A program made the translations under genes and the position numbers. A DNA stretch of 64,000 nt, taken from NCBI GenBank assembly GCA_018669975.1, contig JABHSK010000007.1, forward strand, positions 390 to 64,389. The letters run 5' to 3'. This DNA comes from Candidatus Parcubacteria bacterium. Lineage in GTDB: Bacteria; Patescibacteriota; Patescibacteriia; UBA1558; GWA2-36-10. This document shows positions 57,665 to 64,000 of this stretch, in pieces. The notes below the pieces were generated by a model. That model was not told where the DNA came from, did no database searches, and was given only the letters and a program-made list of their open reading frames with translations. Within the stretch, counting starts at the first letter, position 1. Each line of letters begins with the position of its first letter.

Positions 57665-58927
57665 ATGAAACCGTTCTACGGTCTTGATTTTGGAACTAGC
57701 AATCTGTCGATTGCTATCCAGAATGGGGAAGGCACACAAGTCTTGCCTATTGATGGTCAAAATAAAACGATGCCGACGGTATTATATTTTGGACCAAGTG
57801 GAGGGGAACCAATTGTTGGTCAGAGTGCTATGTTGCGCTATGTTGCCGATGGGATGAGTGGACGCTTTATGCAGTCACTCAAGTCAGTTTTACCTAATTC
57901 CGGGTTTACTGGCACCTATCTAGATAGGCTTGGCTTTGCCGATATTGAAGACTTGATTGCTTATATCCTTAGGGATGTTAGGCAGCGAGCCAACGAACAA
58001 GTCGGCATGGACATTGATCGGGCTGTTTTTGGGCGGCCAGCAGAATTTTCCAAGGATCCGGAAGAAGAAACTATGGCCATCGAGCGCCTGATGAAGGCTG
58101 CCAAGCTGGCAGGTTTTAATGAAGTTGAACTTCAGTTGGAGCCAATTGCGGCCGCTTTTCACTACGAAATGTCTTTAGATAGAGAAGAGGTTGTATTGGT
58201 TGCAGACCTGGGTGGAGGTACCACTGACTTTACGGTCACCAGGTTGTCTCCAAAAAGAAGGAGAAAACGAGATCGCTCCAAGGACATCTTGTCTACTGGT
58301 GGTGTCTACATCGGTGGCGATAAGTTTGACTCAGCTGTAATGGAGATGAAATTGCTTAAGTACTTTGGTCAAGATGCCGAGTACAACAGTTGGGAAAAAT
58401 GGATGCGTTTTCCATCGTACCTTGTTCGTGGCATTATGCAATGGCAAGAAATTGCCTTCCTCAAAGATACTCGCACTATGCGTGTGCTCAATGATCTAGT
58501 ACGTTATGCTAGGACAAAAGAAGACAAAGAGTGTGCTATACGCTTACTTACTCTAATAGATGAGAACCTGGGCTTTTCCTTGTTTCAAACTATTGAGACC
58601 GCTAAGCGTGGTTTGTCTACTTATGATAGTGACTGTATTTACTTTAATCAGTCAGCTATTAAGATTGTCGAGCCAATCTTTCGAAATGAGTTTGATGAAA
58701 TCATTGCCTTTGCACTAGAGGAGTACGAACAATGCGTAGATCAGGTTTTGGCTGATGCCGGAGTTTCTAATGGTAGAATTGACTCGGTCTTTCTAACAGG
58801 AGGATCTTCACTGGTGCCTTGCGTCCAATCGGCTTTTGCCAATCGTTTTGGTGAAGACAAATTGAGACGTGGCGACACCTTCATTAGTGTTGCTTCAGGA
58901 CTGGCTTCTAGCCAGTTGCTTTCCTAA
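57665..58927 (+). CDS. Hsp70-family ATPase (YegD-like)
   Basis: GLDFGTSN, GRP..F, EPIAAA, DLGGGTTDF, TGGSS; no peptide-binding domain. Confidence 0.85.
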   Translation: MKPFYGLDFGTSNLSIAIQNGEGTQVLPIDGQNKTMPTVLYFGPSGGEPIVGQSAMLRYVADGMSGRFMQSLKSVLPNSGFTGTYLDRLGFADIEDLIAYILRDVRQRANEQVGMDIDRAVFGRPAEFSKDPEEETMAIERLMKAAKLAGFNEVELQLEPIAAAFHYEMSLDREEVVLVADLGGGTTDFTVTRLSPKRRRKRDRSKDILSTGGVYIGGDKFDSAVMEMKLLKYFGQDAEYNSWEKWMRFPSYLVRGIMQWQEIAFLKDTRTMRVLNDLVRYARTKEDKECAIRLLTLIDENLGFSLFQTIETAKRGLSTYDSDCIYFNQSAIKIVEPIFRNEFDEIIAFALEEYEQCVDQVLADAGVSNGRIDSVFLTGGSSLVPCVQSAFANRFGEDKLRRGDTFISVASGLASSQLLS

Positions 58928-58991
58928 GCAGAGAGGTTCTAATTGAGCCTCTTTTTTTATTTGGCTTGACAGGATGTTTTATCTGTGTTAA

Positions 58992-59011
58992 TGTGTTAGT
59001 ATACTAATACA
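58992..59011. promoter_or_regulatory. Palindromic operator upstream of the TrpR-like gene
   Basis: TGTGTTAGTA-TACTAATACA overlapping the -10 of a TTGACA-17-TAATGT promoter. Confidence 0.65.
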
Positions 59012-59016
59012 GAGAT

Positions 59017-59340
59017 ATGCAAGAATTTAAATTTAATAAAAAAAGTGACGATTTATTTAAGATTATTCTAAAGCTTAAAAACATTAAAGAAGCTGAGGCT
59101 TTTTTTCGTGATTTGTGTACTATTTCTGAATTGCAGGAAATGGTTGATCGCTGGAGAATAGTTAGATTATTGTCAGAAAATAAATCATATCGTGATATTG
59201 CCAAAGAACTTAAAACTAGTACTACCACAGTATCTAGGGTAGCTTCTTGGTTAAAAAATGGAAAAGGTGGTTATTCATTAGCACTCAAGCGCTCAGGTAG
59301 TCATCATAGTAACTCTTCCTCTGGGAAAGGGTTGCGTTGA
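59017..59340 (+). CDS. YerC/YecD TrpR-like repressor
   Basis: FFRDLCTISEL..M..RW, SYRDIA, STTTVSRV..WL..G.GGY. Confidence 0.9.
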   Translation: MQEFKFNKKSDDLFKIILKLKNIKEAEAFFRDLCTISELQEMVDRWRIVRLLSENKSYRDIAKELKTSTTTVSRVASWLKNGKGGYSLALKRSGSHHSNSSSGKGLR

Positions 59341-59438
59341 TATTTTGTGATATAAACTTAGCCCCTTCCCGTCGGGAAGGGGCTTTTTGTTTTGTGCAAA
59401 AGGCTGACGCTCTTTTCATTGTAATAGGAGGTAATAAC

Positions 59439-60368
59439 ATGCAACGAGTCGTGGATTATTTTGTGAATAGGGATTTTAGTAATATTGTCCCTGGAGCATC
59501 AGTTGGTGCCGAAATCGAGACCTCTTTGGTAGAAAGACAAGGCGGTCGTCCGATTTCTCTGCAGACTTCTCAGATGATTATGCAACAACTGATTGATAGT
59601 GGGCAGTGGAATCTTCAGGAGAGTAAGGGAGGTTTGATTTCTGCCCTGATGGACAAGCAGGGTAATCGGATTTGTTATGAGTTGGGTCGGCAAAATTTTG
59701 AGGTCGTCACAGTACCCAGTCAGGTAGATTCCTTGTTGGTAAAGACCAGGGGCTTGCTTGGGCAATTGTATTTGGCGGCTGAAAAATATGGGGCTGAACC
59801 ATTCTTTGGGCCAGTTTTACACACTGAGGAGAATCTGCTGATTATTCCTGATGCGCGTGATGCTACCTGGTTGCAAGTGGATGGTAAGCGGGCACTGGAA
59901 TTTTTGTCCCGTATTTCAGCAGTGCAATTTACGATAGCCGTAGAAAAGAATAGGGCTATCAGCTGCCTTAATCAACTGGCGGGTAAGCTGGATATCTTCC
60001 TGGATTATTATCCACAGCATGTTAATTGGTTGGCATACATCGCTGGCTCCAATGCAGGTTATGCTCACAGTCGTTATGGTGGGCCACTGTATTTTGAGAG
60101 TATTGCCGATTATGCTAGGCAATTGACTGGTCATGGTGTGATTACCGAAAGTGTTAGGCCTTCACTCCGTGAGCCGTGCACTGGTAATTTGCGACCACTC
60201 AGTGAGGTGGTTGATCTGGATATTCCCATGTACCTGCGGTCTGTCTGGTGGCACTTTCGGCTCAAGGTTTATGGTGACTGCCTCTGTATTGAAGTTAGAC
60301 CGATTGGTCGTCGTAATGATGACCAGCTGGAAGAGCAGCTTGATTTAGTGATGAGTTGCTTTAGCTGA
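59439..60368 (+). CDS. Glutamate-cysteine ligase (GCS2)-like carboxylate-amine ligase
   Basis: GAEIE, YELG..NFE, AVQFT, WHFRLK, IEVR; start reassigned to ATG after AGGAGG. Confidence 0.6.
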   Translation: MQRVVDYFVNRDFSNIVPGASVGAEIETSLVERQGGRPISLQTSQMIMQQLIDSGQWNLQESKGGLISALMDKQGNRICYELGRQNFEVVTVPSQVDSLLVKTRGLLGQLYLAAEKYGAEPFFGPVLHTEENLLIIPDARDATWLQVDGKRALEFLSRISAVQFTIAVEKNRAISCLNQLAGKLDIFLDYYPQHVNWLAYIAGSNAGYAHSRYGGPLYFESIADYARQLTGHGVITESVRPSLREPCTGNLRPLSEVVDLDIPMYLRSVWWHFRLKVYGDCLCIEVRPIGRRNDDQLEEQLDLVMSCFS

Positions 60369-60453
60369 CATTTATGGGAGGAAGAAATTCCTCCCTTTTA
60401 CCCGGTAATTTATAAAATAGATTATCGAGTAGAAGATTATTAATAATAAAATT

Positions 60454-60927
60454 ATGTCTATTTATGTATTTGGCTACGGATCATTAATGAATGCTGGTAG
60501 CTTGCAGCGAACTTTGCCTGGAAAAAAAATTATGGCTAAAGCTAGCTTGTTGGGCTATCGACGTAAAATTAATGCACCAGTAGATGGTTATCTCTATCTA
60601 AATATTGTACCAAAAAAGAAATGGAAAGTAGGTGGAGTAATAATTAAAATATCGGAGCAGGATTTAGAATTTTTAAAACAAAGAGAAATTGGTTATAATT
60701 GCTTAGATGTCAGTGATAGGATGACACAGAAATTTGATGGCCGGGTATTTACTTTTGTCGCTCCAAATAAAGAATATCCAAAATTTAAAATTCCCTGGAG
60801 CTATATCAATACCTGTTTATCTACTGTGTCATACGATAAGCGTGATTTGTGGCTAGACGAAACTATAATAGTTAATGATATTGAGTACGATATTGATCAG
60901 CCGGTCTATTCTTTAGTGGCTAAATAA
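60454..60927 (+). CDS. Gamma-glutamylcyclotransferase family protein
   Basis: YVFGYGSLMN, L.GYRR, L..RE.GY. Confidence 0.85.
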   Translation: MSIYVFGYGSLMNAGSLQRTLPGKKIMAKASLLGYRRKINAPVDGYLYLNIVPKKKWKVGGVIIKISEQDLEFLKQREIGYNCLDVSDRMTQKFDGRVFTFVAPNKEYPKFKIPWSYINTCLSTVSYDKRDLWLDETIIVNDIEYDIDQPVYSLVAK

Positions 60928-61001
60928 GCCTAGGTTTTCTTGACAATCGAGTCTTATATCTCTATAGTTAAAAAGAAATTTGATAAAATTATTTTTAATT
61001 T

Positions 61002-62180
61002 ATGAAGGTTGATAAAGATAAAATTGAAGAACTATTAACTAGGGGTGTAGACGAAGTTATAGACCTCGATAGTTTAAGGAAAAAGCTGCAGGCAGGTAAA
61101 AAATTACGTGTTAAATTAGGGATTGATCCGACTAGCTCTAATATCCACCTAGGTCGTATGGTGCCGTTATTGAAGTTGCGTGATTTCCAAGAATTGGGGC
61201 ATCAGATTGTATTTATAGTTGGAGATTTTACAGGTACTATTGGTGATACCAGTGACAAGGAAGCGGAAAGGCCAGCTATTAGTAAAAAAATGATAGAAGA
61301 TAATCTGCGTACTTATATAGATCAAGTGGCTAGGGTGATAGATATCGATAAAGTAGAGGTGCATTACAATTCTGAATGGCTAGCTAAACTCAAGTATGAA
61401 GATATAGGCGAGCAGGCTAATCAATTTTCTTTAGCAGAATTTATATCTAGAAAAAATATCAAGGATCGTCTAGATAAAGGTAATAGAGTTTCACTTAAAG
61501 AATTGTTGTATCCGCTGATGCAGGGTTATGACTCGGTGATGGTTAAGGCAGATGTAGAATTAGGCGGTACTGACCAAAGATTTAATCTATTGGCTGGTAG
61601 GAATATGCAGGAACATTATAAACAGCCAGCGCAAGATATTTTAATGACTAATTTAATTGAAGGATTAGATGGTCGTAAGATGAGTTCCAGTTGGGGTAAT
61701 ACAATTAATTTTAATGATCCAGCAGTGGAAATGTTTGGTAAGGTAATGAAAATGACTGATGAGATGATCGTTGTTTTTTATGAGCACTGCACTAGAGTGC
61801 CAATGACTGAAGTTAAACAATATGAGACAGACATGAGGGCTGATAAAGTTAATCCACGAGACATCAAGATGAAATTGGCTAGAGAGATTACCAGTTTTTT
61901 CTGGGGAGTCAAAGAGGCTGAGCAGGCAGAGGATAGTTTTGTGTCTATGATTCAAAACAAAGAAGTGCCCGATGATATGCCAGAGTTGTCACCTAAATCA
62001 AATAATATTGTTGATGTTTTAATAGAGGCCAAGTTAGCCAAGAGTAAAAGTGACGCTAGACGCTTAATTGATGGCGGAGGTGTTAAGGTTAACGATGATA
62101 AGGTAGGAGATTATGAGATTGAGTTGAAATCAGGGGATATAGTTAAGAAGGGAAAGCGTTTCTTTGTTAAAATAAAGTAA
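61002..62180 (+). CDS. tyrS: Tyrosine-tRNA ligase
   Basis: GIDPTS..IHLG, YPLMQGYDS, GGTDQRFN, KMSSS, S4 domain. Confidence 0.97.
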   Translation: MKVDKDKIEELLTRGVDEVIDLDSLRKKLQAGKKLRVKLGIDPTSSNIHLGRMVPLLKLRDFQELGHQIVFIVGDFTGTIGDTSDKEAERPAISKKMIEDNLRTYIDQVARVIDIDKVEVHYNSEWLAKLKYEDIGEQANQFSLAEFISRKNIKDRLDKGNRVSLKELLYPLMQGYDSVMVKADVELGGTDQRFNLLAGRNMQEHYKQPAQDILMTNLIEGLDGRKMSSSWGNTINFNDPAVEMFGKVMKMTDEMIVVFYEHCTRVPMTEVKQYETDMRADKVNPRDIKMKLAREITSFFWGVKEAEQAEDSFVSMIQNKEVPDDMPELSPKSNNIVDVLIEAKLAKSKSDARRLIDGGGVKVNDDKVGDYEIELKSGDIVKKGKRFFVKIK

Positions 62181-62301
62181 AATAATTTATAAAATAGAAA
62201 ATCCGTACTTTAGTGCGGGTTTTTTGTTTACCTTGACAAAAAAGCCTACTATCACTATATTTAATAACGACGGCTATCTATTTTAGACGGCTAAAATAAA
62301 T

Positions 62302-63696
62302 ATGTATATGAGTTTAGCAACCTTAACTTTAGTATTTGTCTTTGCAGTTAACATTATTTTGTTATTTTTAATTTTGCTTAGCAAGAATAAGCAAAGACGT
62401 TGGCCAATATTTACGATGGTTTTATTGTTGGCTTTTTGGCAGAGCATAGAATTACTCGATGTTACTATTTTTATTGATAAGGGCATTTTGTTGCTACAGG
62501 CAGAGCGTTTTGGTCTATTGCCAATATTATTTTTAGCACCGGCTTGGATGTGGCTGGTTTTTTCTTTATTTGATAAATGGGCAGAGATCAAGATATATAA
62601 AAAGTTTTTATATTATTTGCCAGGTATTGCTATGATTCCGTTTGTGTTTACGGATTATAACCTTAAAGACGTAGTAGTCAACAATGGTCTGATATCATAT
62701 ACTCCGGGCGCCCTGTATTATTTTTTTAGTATATATTTTGTGGGACTGGTTGGCTACGGACTTTATGTATTGATTAGGCATAGAAATGAATCTGACCTGG
62801 TAGTTAAAAAGCAGATTGACTATATTTTTACAGCTACAGCTCTGACGGTTATTGCTAGCGTGCTATTTAGTGTGATTTTACCCTTGGTAGGTGTTAGTGA
62901 TTTTTATTATATTGGCGTCAATAGTTCAGTTTTGTTTACTTTGATTGTTACCTATGCCTTATTCAGGCATAGGTTTTTTAATGTAAAAATATTTTTTTAT
63001 AGAATAGTTATAAATCTGTTGAGATTATTTATCGTTGGCTTTGTTTTTCATATATTCTATATGATCTTAAGTCAAGTGGTAGGAATTAGTTTTTCTGATA
63101 GTAAAAGTATTATTTTCTTTTTGATATTTTTGGGTGTGACAGCGCCATTTTTATTTGACTTGGTAAATAAGTTGGTCACTTCTTTCTTGATTAATCCAAG
63201 CGATGACGTTAAAAACGCAGAAAATAGTATTGCTGACATTTTGCGTTCCAGTCAGGATATGAATTTATTATATTCTAAATTGGTAAAAGAAATTAGTAAG
63301 GTAGTAGATTACCAGGAAATATTTATTTATCTTTCCAAAAAAGATAGTCCAAACTCTTTTTATCAGGTTTTTCCAGTAGGCGAGCGCTTGATTAATGTCA
63401 AAGATAGTCACATGCTAGAGTTTTTGCAACGATATCATAAAGCCGCCAATCAAGCTGAGATAGGATATTTTAAGACAGATAAAAAATTAGCTAAGGAAAT
63501 GAAAGATAAGCAGATTGACATTGCTTTGCCTATATTCTACAATCAGCAGTTGCTTGGAGTAATGATTATAGATAATGGTGACCAACTATTATCTACCCAA
63601 CAATTACATTTTTTGCATAAGGTTAATAAATATTTAGATATAGCAGTAGGTAGCTTGTTGTTACACCAACAGGCTATGTCTGATAAGTGTAGGTAA
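62302..63696 (+). CDS. HisKA_7TM-like membrane sensor with GAF-like C-terminus and no kinase domain
   Basis: Many TM segments; YALFRHRFF; DIALPI.....LLGVMI. Confidence 0.6.
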   Translation: MYMSLATLTLVFVFAVNIILLFLILLSKNKQRRWPIFTMVLLLAFWQSIELLDVTIFIDKGILLLQAERFGLLPILFLAPAWMWLVFSLFDKWAEIKIYKKFLYYLPGIAMIPFVFTDYNLKDVVVNNGLISYTPGALYYFFSIYFVGLVGYGLYVLIRHRNESDLVVKKQIDYIFTATALTVIASVLFSVILPLVGVSDFYYIGVNSSVLFTLIVTYALFRHRFFNVKIFFYRIVINLLRLFIVGFVFHIFYMILSQVVGISFSDSKSIIFFLIFLGVTAPFLFDLVNKLVTSFLINPSDDVKNAENSIADILRSSQDMNLLYSKLVKEISKVVDYQEIFIYLSKKDSPNSFYQVFPVGERLINVKDSHMLEFLQRYHKAANQAEIGYFKTDKKLAKEMKDKQIDIALPIFYNQQLLGVMIIDNGDQLLSTQQLHFLHKVNKYLDIAVGSLLLHQQAMSDKCR

Positions 63697-63707
63697 TTTG
63701 TAAAAAT

Positions 63708-64000
63708 ATGAATATACAAAATACTGTTTTACTGGCTTCGGGCATTATCAATCTGATAATGAGTGTTTATATTTTATCGCGAGGTTGGAAGAATAAGGTT
63801 AATCTGTATTTTAGCTTGTTAACCTTTTTTAATTCTATGTGGGCTGCGGGATTAATAGTAATAAATGCAGGCGTAAGTCATGAGATGACAAGATTTTTTG
63901 CTAGCTTTATTTATCCAGTGGCATTAATGATAATAGTTAGTTTATTTTATTTTATTATTTATTTTCCTTACAAAACTTTTGAATTGTCAAAATTATATCG
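63708..64000 (+). CDS. Second 7TM sensor-like protein, 3'-partial
   Basis: MNIQNTVLLASGIINLIMSVYILSRGWKNKVNLYFSLL..., open to window end. Confidence 0.6.
   Translation, partial: MNIQNTVLLASGIINLIMSVYILSRGWKNKVNLYFSLLTFFNSMWAAGLIVINAGVSHEMTRFFASFIYPVALMIIVSLFYFIIYFPYKTFELSKLY

Overview
AT-rich bacterial chromosome segment whose gene set and style suggest a CPR/Patescibacteria (Parcubacteria-like) genome; this taxonomy is inferred, not verified. The housekeeping backbone comprises infC-rpmI-rplT, smpB-tmRNA, a seven-gene dTTP operon, gatB, a miaB-miaA fusion, guaB, thrS with a T-box, dnaE, rodA, rplY, rpmE-prfA-prmC, rpsB-tsf-pyrH-ricT, gap, cysS and tyrS. It is interleaved with visibly GC-richer accessory genes that carry strong Shine-Dalgarno sites and a shared boxA-like leader motif. 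The most striking locus is 47.8-57.6 kb. It holds a small EF-Tu-domain-II-like gene, then a separately promoted array of four tRNA-like RNAs with intact acceptor/T arms and CCA ends but aberrant D or anticodon arms. Next comes a cluster of five radical SAM genes with a methyltransferase, a UroD/MtaA-like protein and a guanylate kinase. Also notable are an unannotated structured RNA next to smpB displaying an anti-SD loop, a T-box with an ultrashort Stem I, a 5'-truncated tRNA-Gly, a repeat-flanked cassette, and a radical SAM gene whose Fe-S motif lies upstream of any ATG. All family assignments and RNA folds were made by eye, without database searches.
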